From contig NC_087436.1 in assembly GCF_036321535.1 (NCBI RefSeq), positions 97,404,001-97,468,000 on the forward strand: a stretch of 64,000 nucleotides of DNA, written 5' to 3'. Below, piece after piece: positions 40,215 to 53,049 of this stretch. Source of the DNA: Camelus dromedarius (lineage: Eukaryota). A program made the position numbers and the translations under genes. The notes under the pieces are model-generated. The model was not told the origin of the DNA and made no database searches. It saw nothing but the letters and a program-made list of their open reading frames with translations. Every line of letters starts with the position of its first letter. The first letter of the stretch is position 1.

Positions 40215-40780
40215 AAACATCCTACCTTCTGACCCCTTAAAAGGACCTGAATGTCCCCCTCAGCCTATGAAAACTTCAGAGTCTTTCCTGACTCTAGGCC
40301 CCTGGCCTTTTTCTTGGAGTATTTACTTTAGAAAACTTGTAAATTCTTCCTATGTCCCTTTGAAATGTATGTGACTTTTTTCCCCGGCTTCCTGCCAGCT
40401 TTACAACCCAGAAAATGTCTTTTCTCAAGGACCTGGGAATCATCCCTTTAAAATGTAAACATAGAAGGAGATAGGATCTCTATCCTCAGGTCTCCGTAGG
40501 AGATGAGGAGCCTAATTCCTATGCCAATTAGCAAACACAGATGGCCTAATCCCAGAGAAGAACATTTGCAGAGTCAGGAATAACTCAGTGTGCTCCACAC
40601 ATTCCATTGATCATCCTGTCCCCTAATGTTCTCTGGTACCTTCCAGTAGATCATTTCAGCCCTTAAAAACGATCCCACCTTTTGTTTGAGCAGAGTTGAG
40701 TTCAGTCTGTCTCCCCCACTGCAATAAGTTGAATCAAGTCTTCCTTGCCTGCTCAGCTTTGCCCTGTGTCACTTTTGTCG
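40215..40780 (+). mobile_element. ERV1 solo LTR (MER34/MER39-like)
   Basis: atttactttagaaaacttgtaa...ctttgaaatgtatgt...tttctcaaggacctggg...ccaattagcaaacacagatggcctaat...gagttgagttcag. Confidence 0.75.
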
Positions 40781-41213
40781 TGGTATCTTTTTGAACTGCT
40801 GCTTGATGACTCAGAGTCAAATTTGAGGTTTCTGCTTCCAGGAAGAATTCTATATGTTTCATATCACTTCTCAATCATATAATGATAATACTTTTTTTGA
40901 AAATCTTTAAAAAGTTTTCCTTATTTAAACATTTCAGTTTTAATCTTATGTTTTTAGTGTATTTGTTTTCTAAACAGCAAATTAAATACATTTTGGAAGA
41001 TAAAGGGAAGAAATGTGAGCTTCTTTTTCTCATTTCCAGTTGTTATGGTGGGCTGGTAATGGCGTGGTGGAGTCCTGCAGTCACAGTGAGAGAGATTTTC
41101 TCAGAAGGTTACAGAAATTTACGGATATGGTTAGTAGTGTAGGTGGTAACACAGAATACTCTCAGAAAAGATCAATTTCCCAGAGTTTCCAACAGATGTA
41201 AGCAGTTGTGGGT

Positions 41214-41720
41214 TGCTGACTGAAAATTGGCACTTGCCATCTGCCTCTACAAGGACTGGATCACATTCACACTTGCCATCTAACGCTGCTTCGATGAAAT
41301 CAAGAGCCGCTGCAGTTGCTCACCTCCAACACTCTGAGAGGAGTTCAGGGTGGAGACCAGGAACGAGGCGCTCAGTGCTCTGGGAATACTGCTGGAACAG
41401 GCCTTCAGACAGCTGGATATTTTCAGGAGAGGATTTTATGAGCTCAAATTCTTGCATCTCCTCATATCTAGAAAAGCACTAATATCGTTAACGGTGACAT
41501 CTGCTCCTCGTGACTGGCGACAAGCCTCTGCCTAAACATGTGCTTGACTGCACATCCCCACTTCACTGACATCATATATAATACTGAGTTGCCCCCTGCC
41601 TTTTCAGAGTAGTTCCTCAGAGCTTTCTGAGATGCTGTCTCCCAGGCCACAGTCCTCACTTTGCCTCGAGTGGAACTTAACCCACAACTGTCACATCGTG
41701 TGATGTTATTTCAGTCAACA
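41214..41720 (+). mobile_element. ERV1-class solo LTR (cetartiodactyl type), 507 bp
   Basis: 12-bp inverted termini TGCTGACTGAAA / TTTCAGTCAACA; TSD GGGT (41210-41213) / GGAT (41721-41724); TATATAA near 41575. Confidence 0.8.
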
Positions 41721-42405
41721 GGATAATCCCTCTTACCCAGGGGAGAGGGTGTCGAAGACTCCCTTGGGTATTTATTCTTACGGTGTTGTGTTTTTTTTAA
41801 ACTCTTTTTAACAGTTCTCTGACTCCTGACCATTCCATGACAATAGGTTCATGTGTGCTTACTCTTCAGGGGAAAATAATTGTTGCAAGAAACCCTTCAC
41901 TTTCCTTACTGCAAGATTAAGTGAGGTGAAATTCAATTTCTCTAAATTGTCCCTTAGCAGACCCAGGGTTCAGCCTGTCCGAAGTCCATTCTCACATGTC
42001 AGATTCTATTCTGTGTCATTATGGAATAAAAGTAAAAAAGCCTATGATTTAGTGGATCCAATTTTGATAAAATATGATTTATTTGATGAGTTTATCTTGT
42101 AAAATAGATTTGTCAAAGAAAGGTATTCTTAATACAGCCAAATAAACTTAACTGTCAGTATTTGGGGAGTAAAATATTTATACTCTTTATTATAAAAGTT
42201 GCTTTTAGAATGTTTTCCATTGAACACATTGGCTCTCTAGGGGCAGGTGCTTCAGTACTTACAGAGGGAAGAGTTGTGGCTGCTCATGTCTTCCTTCAAG
42301 GGAAACTGCTACGGGAGAATATTTGTCTCACAGCCTCCAGGGCCACACCCAGGGATCTGGTGTGGTGATCATTCTGAGGCCTGTTCCCTCTGAGATCAAC
42401 CCAGC

Positions 42406-42793
42406 TGCAATGGATTGAATTACGCTCCTTCAGTTCCTATGTTGAAGCCCTAAACCACTTTCCCACCATGTGACTGTACTTTGAGATGGGGCCTTTCAGG
42501 AGATAATTAGGGTAAATGAGGTCACAAGAGTGGGGCCCTGGTCCAATAGGATTAGTGTCCTTATTAGAAGAGATACCAGAGAGCTTGGTCTTTCCGTCTT
42601 CCTCTGCCATGTGAGGAAGCAGCAAGATGGCGGCTGTCTGCAAGCCAGGAAGAGAACTCTTACTTGAAATCAAATTGGCCTGCACATTGCTCTGGGACTT
42701 CCCAGCTTCCAGAATTTTGTGAAAAAAAAAAAAATGTCCATTGTTTAAGCCACCTAGTCTGTATTATTATAGCTGCCTGAGCAGACTAAGACA
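42406..42793 (+). mobile_element. MaLR MLT1A-type solo LTR
   Basis: perfect 5-bp TSD CCAGC at 42401-42405 and 42794-42798; TG...gactaagaCA. Confidence 0.9.
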
Positions 42794-42890
42794 CCAGCCA
42801 ATAACTGAGCCTGGTTGGGGTACATACCTGGTCCTTCCTACCCAATGCAATCTTTGCTTGGAGACTCCCCAGAAGCCTCACCTAGACTTT

Positions 42891-43249
42891 TTTTTTTTTT
42901 TTAAGATTTTTTATTGATTTATAATCATTTTACAATGTTGTGTCAAATTCCCGTGTTCAGCACAGTTTTTCAGTCATTCATGGACATATACACACTCATT
43001 GTCACATTTTTTTCTCTGTAAGTTATCATAACATTTTGTGTATATTTCCCTGTGATATACAGTGTAATCTTGTTTATCTATTCTACAGTTTTGAAATCCC
43101 AGTCTATCCCTTCCCACCCTCCACCCCCCTGGTAACCACAAGTCTGTATTCTCTGTCTGTGAGTCTATTTCTGTTCTGTATTTACGCTTTGTTTTTGTTT
43201 GTTTGTTTGTTTTTGTTTTTGTTTTTTAGATTTCACATGTGAGCGATCG
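42891..43249 (-). mobile_element. Young 5'-truncated L1 3' UTR (camelid-type)
   Basis: perfect 10-bp TSD CCTAGACTTT at 42881-42890 and 43250-43259; clean poly(T). Confidence 0.92.
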
Positions 43250-44284
43250 CCTAGACTTTATCAGCACTGTGCTCTTTCTTTTGATCACTCCTTTCACAGG
43301 TGTCAGACCCGCATCTTGGTCTAGAGACTCTCCCTGCCTACTCTTGGTCTTTGTCCCCTTTATCCTCTATAAGTATGCTGCACACGTAAATTCTTCTTGG
43401 CATCTTATTCCAGGAGGACCTGAACTAACACAAAATTCAACTGAAAAGGATAACTATTTCAAAATTTATACGCATTTGTTTCAACTGTGAAATAGATTCC
43501 AGGTAATTTTATGAAAACCAAAAAAATTAAGATTATATTAAAAAATACATTCTTCTGAAAAATACAATATTAGAGAGATAAAGTTAAGAAGCTTATTAAA
43601 GTATGCAATTATCTACCAAGAATAATTATCTGTTTTTATTTTAATGTAAAAGATATTATTATAGAGTTTATTTTAAATTTTTGTTTTTATATTCACTGAC
43701 GTATTTTAATTTTGGGAAATAATTACATTTTAAAAAATAATTTTTAAGCAGAAGTATACATAAGTTTACTGATATACTACAACACATTTTTCAGTCAAAA
43801 AATAAGTATTTCAAAAAGCATAGAATTTTAATTATTTTAACACTCTGTTTTAGGATTCAAAAGTGTCCTGGTTAAATATATAGTCACACTACCTGTAGGG
43901 TACTAATGTGATCACCTTGACCATTTGGGTAAGAGGTGTAGGAAAACTTTAAAGTGATGTATGAATCAGGGTAAATTAGGTTATTCAGTGTCAACAAATA
44001 ACTCTAATATTGTAGTAACAACAAGCAATGGCATACTTTCTAATTCAAAATAACTTCTTCCTATCCTTCCTTTCCTCATCAATTCCATTTTTCTCATACA
44101 TTCTCTAAACATGAATTGAGCACCTATTTTCTTCATTGCCTATGCCCTGAGCTATAGAGCTACATAATCAGCAATCTACAAGAAACTTTCCACAACATAT
44201 CTCCAAAAATAAAAACATGCAAAAACTTCTAAGGCAGTTTCTGACTTAGTACCACTTGGGATTAGAAAGAAATAATGATATAGT

Positions 44285-45720
44285 TATTCAGAAGATATTT
44301 ATTGACAAGCTACCTTATGCCAGATGTTATTCTGGCACTAGGATAGAGAAGAAAAACAGGATTTTTTTTCCCCTCTTGGAGCTTACATTCTAGTTGAGAA
44401 GATTCAATAACAAACAAATAAACAAGTAAATTTTTAATTTTTTTCAGATCTAATAATTGCTAATATGTCAAGGAAAGTTTCACTTTAACATGGCATTTGA
44501 GCACAGACTTTGCGGAGCTAAAGGAATATTTAAAACAGAGTTAGTAGCTATATTTAAAATAAAGAGCTAGCATGGTTGGCTGATGGATGGGATTATCAAA
44601 GAATAAAATTTTCATTTACTGACTTAGGGATAGTCCGTGGGAAGAGCGAGTTTGGTGGTAGGTGGGGAGATCAGGAATTTGAACATCTACGGATTGATGT
44701 TGGAAGTTGGATTTATGTGCTTGGAGTTCAGGGACTGGGCTCTGGCTCTGGATATAAATGTTGAAGTCATTAGCATATAGATGATATTTAAAGTCAAGAA
44801 GCCAGTGAGATCACCTAGAGAGTAAAGGTGGGAAAAAACAGAAGTGTTTGCTGAGTTGGCCCAAGTTCACAACAACCTATAGTGATTGGGGCAATTAGGA
44901 AACACCAACAAAGGATAATGAGAAGGGGAGAGCATGAGAAAGAAGGAAAGCCAAAAGAATGATGCCTAAGAAGCCAAGGATGTGTTTCAAAAATGAATAA
45001 TGAACTTTGTCATAGCCAGTTACTTTAAAATAGCCAGTTACTTTACCAGTAAACTCGGTTCATTCAGGAAGAGCAAAAGAACTTCAATTAGGGATATGTG
45101 AGCTATGGCAAATCTGGCAAACAAAGGAGAGGAGAGTTGCTTTATAGACAGAAAGGAAAGAGTTGGGAGGGACTTCTTTAAATGAAAGTCCATTGGAGGA
45201 AGGGAGAACTTAGGATAGTGGTAGTTTCTCATTGGCTAAGGAATGATTATTTCTCATTGGCTGGGGCAGTTAATGGGGCAGAGGAAAATCTTCCTTCCTC
45301 TTGCTGGAGTAGTAAGGTAGTAACTTTCCTCCTGCTGGAGATGCAAGGTATCTTCCTATTGGGGGTCTGCGGAAGACAGTGAGTTAGCCCTCCCCCTTCA
45401 GGCCTTTCTGCCTTTGTTTTAAATGAGGTTACCCTTTAATAATTTTCAGTCAAATGCTACTGACAGGTCAAGTAGTGTAACTGAAAATTGGCCATTGGAA
45501 TTGGCAAGTTAGAGCCATTGCTAACCTTGATTTTTGCAGTTTCAGTGGAAAATTAGGGACAATGGTTTATATGCAAGGGTTCAAGACAAAATGGGTAAAG
45601 AAAATTTAAAAACAGTGACTAAATATAAACATTGGAAAGAGCATAGAAAGGAGTCAGTAGCTGGAGTGGAGAAATGAGTGAAGTGAATTTTTATTCTAAG
45701 ATAGGAAAAAGAAAAGCATT
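44285..45720 (-). mobile_element. L2 LINE fossil interrupted by an LTR
   Basis: atatttattgac...tggagcttacattctagt; gtgagatcacctagagag; gtca|aatgctactgacaggtcaag. Confidence 0.8.
45013..45448 (-). mobile_element. ERV1 solo LTR (MER89/MER90-like)
   Basis: perfect 4-bp TSD GTCA at 45009-45012 and 45449-45452; removing it restores the L2 sequence; two minus-strand CCAAT boxes (tctcattggct x2). Confidence 0.75.
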
Positions 45721-46279
45721 TTTGTTTCTAGGAGTGAGTCACTGGAGGGAGAGAAATTGATAGAGACAGTGAGAGAGAGTCAGGTAGAATGGAAGCTGTG
45801 GAAGTGGCAATTTGTGCTGTAGGAAGGACAGAGAGCTTGAGCCATCTCCTGGGAACTGAGATATCTCTATTTCTTAAACATAGGAGAAGTTTCTCAAAAG
45901 GATGCTTTTCTTGCTTTGATGTAAACACAGTTTTTTTCTTGTGTGTGTACCTGTACCAGAGAGAGCAACTGATCAAATCACCCCCGTAAAAAATCCTGAT
46001 CACACAGGGAGACAGGTATCTTCTTTCAACCTTTTTCTCTTCCTCACTCTTCAGCCTTTTATTAAATTTAGGGGCTGATATTTATGTCTTCATTTCCTTG
46101 CTCCTAAGTGGAAAACTACAAAATGAAATTTAATATATAATCTATGAACAGTGATATACAAGTGTTTCATTCTTCATTTATTACTTTTATATTCTTGCCC
46201 TATCTTTATAACCTTAAATGTTTTAAAGTGTATATTTTAGATCCTGCTTTTTATGTATGTTCTTACATCCAATATAATA

Positions 46280-46445
46280 GATTAGAAAGAGACTTAGATT
46301 TACAGTATCCGTGTGCTCTTCTGCTCCCACTCTTAGTTGTATGAACTTCAGCAAGTCACTTATTCACATTAAACCACAGTTTCTTCAAGTGTAAATGGGT
46401 TTAACATATCTTGAGTCACTACATAAATGTAAAGATTTATTAACT
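46280..46445 (+). mobile_element. MIR fragment
   Basis: ctgctcccactcttagttgtatgaacttcagcaagtcacttatt...cacagtttcttcaagtgtaaatggg. Confidence 0.7.
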
Positions 46446-48234
46446 AATTCAAAAATAAATATTCATTTAATGAATTTTTTGCCAGGTATATTTTTATGAA
46501 ATTGAATTTTAAAAGTGTCCTTATTGATGAAGTCACAGTTATTAGAGAGATTGTCTCCTACATTATCATTATTGTAAAGTAATAGCTTATACTTTCAAAT
46601 CCTGAAGCCTGAAGTCCAGTAGAATCATGCCTCTGAGTTAACTTTTAATATCCAAAATATGATTATGGGTTGAGGTTAATAATAACTTATATGAAACTAA
46701 ATGTAGGATCTGTGTAAGAAAATGACCAGAGTGTTGTTTTTTGTAGAGATCATTGTGATTTTTCTCTGCAACATTCATTCTTATGAATTGTGGTTAGGGT
46801 TGAATTGATCCCAAGTTTAGGGCTGATTTTTAATTTGTACGCATTCATCATGGATAATTCCATCCCCAGTGAAGCACTCCCATGGCGTTCCCTCATGCAC
46901 AGAAATAAGTTGACGGGTAGTTTAATCAGCTTAACTTCATTAGATTTGATGAGGATGACATTGTGATGGTCTTGCCTGAAAATGCACAATAACTTTGCTA
47001 TAATGACAGAAGTCCACTTGCACATAAATTCTATACTTGGAGCAGAACAAAGAGAATTACAGAATTACAGGGGAAAGGAGCAGGAGCCCTAAACAAGCCA
47101 TACTTGAAACTAATTCTTCTGGATTTTTCAGCTATATAGCTGACCCAGTGTATTTCTTAAAACAGTTTGATCTGTGTGTTCCGTAACTTGCAACAACAAG
47201 CAAACTAGTTGATCCAGTTTAGCGATCAGCAGTGAAGGGAAAGCAGACTCACTTCCCTTGGCATCCTTCTCTTTGAATATAGCCACTTTCAGACATCCAT
47301 AAGAACTCATTGTCTCTATTTGCTCCACGTCATAAATAAGAACTTTCTCTGCAAGTGTATCCTATGTGCATTTTCATTCTGAGACAGATTTCTCATGCAA
47401 GGAGAGAAAACTTGTCTATATTAAGTTATAATTCCATGTTAATAGAACTTTCTATATGAAATGTTTTCTCATAGAATGGACCATGTACGTTTACAAAGTA
47501 TAGTCAGCTACAGACTGAATGACAGAAAATTAGAAATCAAGGAGTGTGCCTTTAATACCTCGTACTTTGTCATCTGATTATGATAATTTAAAAAGATGGT
47601 TAAAGAAACATTTTCTATCGTTAATCTGATAAAGTATAAGTATTTACTCAGCCCCTAATATGTGCAAGGACCTGTGCTAAATAATCCCCAGGATTCAAAA
47701 AAGAGTTTATGGAGATATCTTCTCCCAAGATACCTAAAGTCTGATACTCAGAGAAACGGGATGCTTATAAATTATAAGTGAGAAATAAGACCATATCTAA
47801 TTGGCTGTTAAATTAGGCCTCAACTTCTAATTTAGAGCAGAAAAAATATCAGTAAAGACTGAAGAAATCAGAGAAAGCCATCCTGATTTTTACTGGGTTA
47901 TGGCCAAGGATGTTTTTATGTAACAGTATTAGATAGTACAACACTCAATATCTTCATGATTGAGAGCCTTCATGGTCTGTAACCAAGAATCCAAATCTTT
48001 AGTGTTTTTGTAGTTATAATTGCATTTAGAAAGCTCCTTCATTAATTGATTATTCTCTGTATATTTTATAGATTGTGGATGTAATCTAGAACATATTCAT
48101 AGACACTAACATAGTATTAAATAAAATAATAAACCACCAATTGGGATTTAATATGTTGTAAGAGAGGCATTTTGCTTGGGTAAATTGGCTTCTAGAAAGG
48201 CCTATTGTTGGATTGGAAAGAGTTGAAAACTTGG

Positions 48235-48460
48235 AATAAAAGAGCTATGGATTGTTTCCTAGCTTTCCAATGAAGTGGTTTTGTGGACTTCGTCTGTATT
48301 TTTTTTTTTTCTGAGTTTTAGTTTTCATGTATATAAGACAGGGATAGTAATAACATCTCCAGCACCAAAATATTGGTAATAATTGTGTTTCCACATAAAA
48401 TATGAAATATGATAATACTTGTAAGTTGTATGTATTTATGTGAATATTAGTTATTATTGC
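48235..48460 (+). mobile_element. MIR-family fragment
   Basis: tctgagttttagttttcatgtatataagacagggatagtaata. Confidence 0.55.
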
Positions 48461-50162
48461 TGTTCATCCTAGGACTCTTCTAGATTTCTATGCTAATAGC
48501 TGGGGTGAAAACTTATAAAACTACTTTCTGGTGAAACATATAATAGATTAAAAAGCTACAAGAAACTTGGTCATTGATATGTATCCAAACTTGCCAAATT
48601 TGTCACAAAAAGGGTTTTGGGGTTTTTTTTAATATTATAATGAAAAGAAATTCCTTGGTCTTCTAGGATAAGGGGAAAATCTCCACACAAAGCTGCTTCT
48701 AAAGTATTAGCAAATGTTTAAAGTTAAGTGGCTGGAGCTCTGAAGGTTATACACAGGAAGAAGTTCCCAAGCAACAAAAGGAAGCAAGTATAAGTGAATG
48801 GAAGAGTACAGTACAAGATGTAACCTTCTTGTTTCTGATTTTGACAGTCAGTTTTGTTTAGTACTTCTGTCTGTCAGTGCAACTCAGTTCTTAGATACAT
48901 CAGAAAATGTGATGTAAGAACCAAGCGGGAGTAGAGCCCCTGATTGGTTGTCTCCTCAAACTGAATACCTTTCATATGCATGCAATTTTGAAAACCCGGT
49001 GTAGAAGGATGAATCAAAGCCATATTCTTTCTATAAAGCATGTTTATGTAAATGGAGAATTTAATGCGTGAATCAAACAACTAAGCAAAAATTTGAAAAC
49101 CGGGTAATATGAAGCAACCAAGTTCAAGAATAGTATAACTCTGTGCTAATAATTCTTGTAAGGTGTAGAAAATTACAGATGTGTCCCTCAGCTTATTATT
49201 GCTAAATCTGAGTCTAAGAACAAAATAGTGCTCTTACAAAATTACGATGCATGATCACTTTAGTCTCTTATTTTTATGCACACTGTTTCATATTCATATG
49301 CAGAAGAAAGAAGGCAGAGTGGAGACGATAGCAGATTTTTTTTTATTATTCACACATCATGAACTATTGCTCTTTTTATAATAAAACATGTTAGTAAAGG
49401 AAAATTGATTTTCTTTGGAAAGAAGATATTTACTGTAATATTTCACTTAAACTGCAAAGAATGGTGAATGATGAATAATTCACTGAGAACTATTTTGAGG
49501 AATTTAAATGACTAGTTTACCTGGTGTGTGATTGTCTGATTCATTCTCCATTGATTTATATTAGTCATTTTTTTAAATATTGCTCATATGTGCAAACAGG
49601 ATGGGCTTATCACAGTGTTGATGGATCATGCGATTCTGGATAACACTGAAATATGTTAAAATAAATACACAAAAGATTCCAGACACATTTCCATCACAGT
49701 AGCAGCAAGGAAAGCATACATATCATTTTTCTGCCGAAGAAAATATTTCTTTGTCCTGTTGTCATTCTGCAAAAGTGGCACAGGGTTCACATTTTAATGA
49801 TGACCAGAATCTTCCAAGTAGAGAAATATTTTCCTGAAGAGAGCTAGTATTCTTAAGAGAGAATTTCTAGCTGTAAGTTAAACTGAATTTTTCCAAATAT
49901 GTAATGTTTCTTCTGGTTTCTTAGTTAATTATTGGTGCTTATGAAGTTTATTATTGAAGTGGCATTCGAGTTTAGAAGAAGATTGGTGGAATATTTCACA
50001 AATATTTTTACAGACCAGAATGAGAATGTTATAGCTACCACTCCATTTCCTTGACTGCTGGGGAGATGGGAAATAAATGCACAATCGTTTTGTTGGTAAG
50101 GAAACTTCTCACCCTCTAACAGACACATACAATTGACACTCATATTCAATATCCATGCTGTA

Positions 50163-50604
50163 TGGATGGACATAGAGATTATCATATTGAGTGAAGTGAG
50201 TCAGAAAGAAAAAAACAAATATATAATATCACTTATATGTGGAATATAAAAAAAAGATACAAATTCTATTTTCAAACAAAAAATCAACTCACAGACATAG
50301 AAAACAAACTATGGTTACCAAAGGGGAAAGGTCAGGGAGGGATAAATTAGGAGTTGACGATTAACAGACACACATTACTATATGTAAAATAGGTAAACAA
50401 CGAGGACCTACTGTATAGCACAGGGAACTATATTCAATTTCTTGTAATAATTTATAATGGAAAAGAATCTGAAAAGAAAAAATACATATGTGTGTATATA
50501 TATGTATAACTGAATCACTTTGCTGTACATCTGAAACTAACATTGTAAATTAACTACACTTCAATAAAACATTTTTTATAAAGTCAATCAATTGCAAAAA
50601 AATT
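50163..50604 (+). mobile_element. 5'-truncated L1 3' UTR
   Basis: perfect 14-bp TSD ATATCCATGCTGTA at 50149-50162 and 50605-50618. Confidence 0.93.
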
Positions 50605-51239
50605 ATATCCATGCTGTAATCATTCATTTGAAGATCTGCATGTCTATCATGTTGCTAAAAGTTATGCAGACAATGCAAAATAAGAACAAGATGGAAGGGG
50701 CTAGGAAAGACAATAGCAGGGAAACCATTATGCTACAATTGTGTATAAAGAGATAAAGCTGGTGTTTTTCTTCTTCTGAAGCTTTTTGTGACCTTTGTAA
50801 CTGAGCGGGCCTCTGGTTCTCCCAAACAGCAAAATTTTAGCACTTGTACTGTTTACATTGTTTACCATATTTTCAGTTTGTAGCACTGTTATTCCATGAA
50901 GCAGACTCCTTGAAAACTGGATTTTCACTTCTTCACTAGCCCTGTTACACTCAGCACAGTGCTGAGCACAAAGTATGCCATTTGTTGAATATAATATGTG
51001 TCACCCCAACCCGCCATTGTGTAAATACAGTTAAGTTGAAGATACATTTACATCCTCTGCAGTTTGCAGAATATAAAGGTCTCCTAACATGCTCTTTTTC
51101 ACAAATGTCATTGAGATGCTTCAGTCTGGAAGAAACCTTTACCAAGTCATAGACCAGCACAGACTGGCTCTGAGTTATATGGAGATCCAAGACTAAGTAG
51201 GACTGAAACATTAAGTTTTCTTTTATATATATATACATA

Positions 51240-51902
51240 TATATTTTTTAAATTGATGTATAGTCAGTTTACAATGTTGTGTCAACTTCTGGTGTACAGC
51301 ACAATACTTCAGTCATATGAACACACATATATTTGTTTTCATATTCTTTTTCACCATAGGTTACTACAAGATATCAAATATAGTATAAACTTGTTGTTTA
51401 TCTGTTTTAAATATAGTAGTTAGTATCTCAGATTTAGAACTCCCAATTTATCCCTTTCCCCCTCTTCCTCCGTGGTAACCATAAGTTTGTTTTCTATGTC
51501 TGAGTCTGTTTCTGTTTTGTAAATATGTTCTCTTGTCTTTTTTTTTTTTTTAGAGTCCACATATAATTGATATCATATGGTATTTTTCTTTCTCTTTCTG
51601 GCTTACTTCACTTAGAATGACATTCTCCAGGTCAATCCATGTTGCTGCAAATGACATTATTTTATTATTTTTTTATGGCTGAGTACTATTCCATTGTAAA
51701 AACATACTACAGCTTCTTTATCCAGTCATCTGTCAATGGACATTTAGGTTGTTTTAATGTCCTGACTATTGTAAATAGTGCTGCTATGAACATTGGCGTG
51801 CATGTGTCTTTTTGAATTAAGGTTCCTTCTAGATATATGCCCAGGAGTGGGACAGTTGGATCATATGGTAAGTTTAGTTTTAGTTTTTTGAGGAATCTCC
51901 AT
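51240..51902 (-). mobile_element. 5'-truncated L1 (ORF2 end plus 3' UTR)
   Basis: similar in sequence to the L1 at 4177-4983; (TA)n-decayed tail at about 51220-51250. Confidence 0.92.
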
Positions 51903-53049
51903 GAACATTTAGAACAAAGAATTTCTCAGGATTCTTTGGATCCAGGCTGACAGAAAACAAGAATAAAACAAAAAAAAATTTAAATGCATTGTGTGAATAT
52001 AAGTTTTGATGTAGCAGTTAGTCATGAATTTCTAAAGAAGAAGGGCACAGAGCTGCATTCTGATTGGAAGGAGTCAGGGACTTAACACCAAATATGCATA
52101 ACACTTTACTTTGAATTGACACTTAAATCAATTTTCCCTGTCAAACATGGAGTCTTGAAACCTGGCCCACCCAACCCCACTTGGAATTGTCTCTAGGCTT
52201 GTGCCTTGCTGATGAAACAAGGGGAAGGAGGCTGTCTTTTCTAGGTTTTCAAGATATTCATTACCAAAGAAGTTCATAATTGCCTGAACCTCATACTATC
52301 AACTTCTTTAGGCAAAGATAACAAATGATGTAAGTAAGCATTCTTTATTATTTTTGCTTTGTTTTAAACAAAACATAATGTATAACTTACAAAATTCTTT
52401 CATTATTATTTTCTACACAGCGCCAATGAATATATAAATGTGTTGTTCTATTTGAATTCAAGTAAGTTAAAAATGCCCTCATTATTAAAATTTAATCAGT
52501 CCCTGAGAAGAGCTAACATTTCTCTTTTCAGAAGTTTAAATGGCTGCCCAAAATCTAAGTAAAGGCACTAAAATTTCAATGGGAAAATCAAAAGTGTATT
52601 TTCTTAAACATTTGAAAAAAATGGTGGATAACACATCATCTCAGTTGGTTTTGGTTGATTCACACTTCAAAATTGTGTCCATCATTAAATTTTTGTTGAT
52701 AATCAGTAACTACCAAATTTCTATAAGCATTTTGGTGTCTTCTAGAAAACACAGATTAATCTCTAATCAAAGAATTGTTTGATTAACTTACAGAGAAAGG
52801 ATCACATTTTTAAAAAGACAGCCCTAGATAGCAATGCTTACACTTAACAGAAACTATGTATATTTTAATGATTCTCCTGAAATTACTTTGTTTTCACTTA
52901 CTCTACCCTTCTCTTTTCAAGCTTTTATCATTGTATAAATTTATAATTTGTAATCCTTCCTTGCATTCTCCTTGAATGAAGAACACAGGTCTGTTGCTTC
53001 CTGTGCATCCATGTCCTATTTTCCATTCTTCAAAATCCCCACTTGAAAC

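Larger units (their letters stand above)
42240..43431 (+). mobile_element. ERVL LTR16A-like LTR in three pieces
   Basis: ccaataactgagc; tcctttcacaggtgtcagacc; ends ggaggacctgaactaacaca; interrupted by an MLT1A LTR and an L1. Confidence 0.65.
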
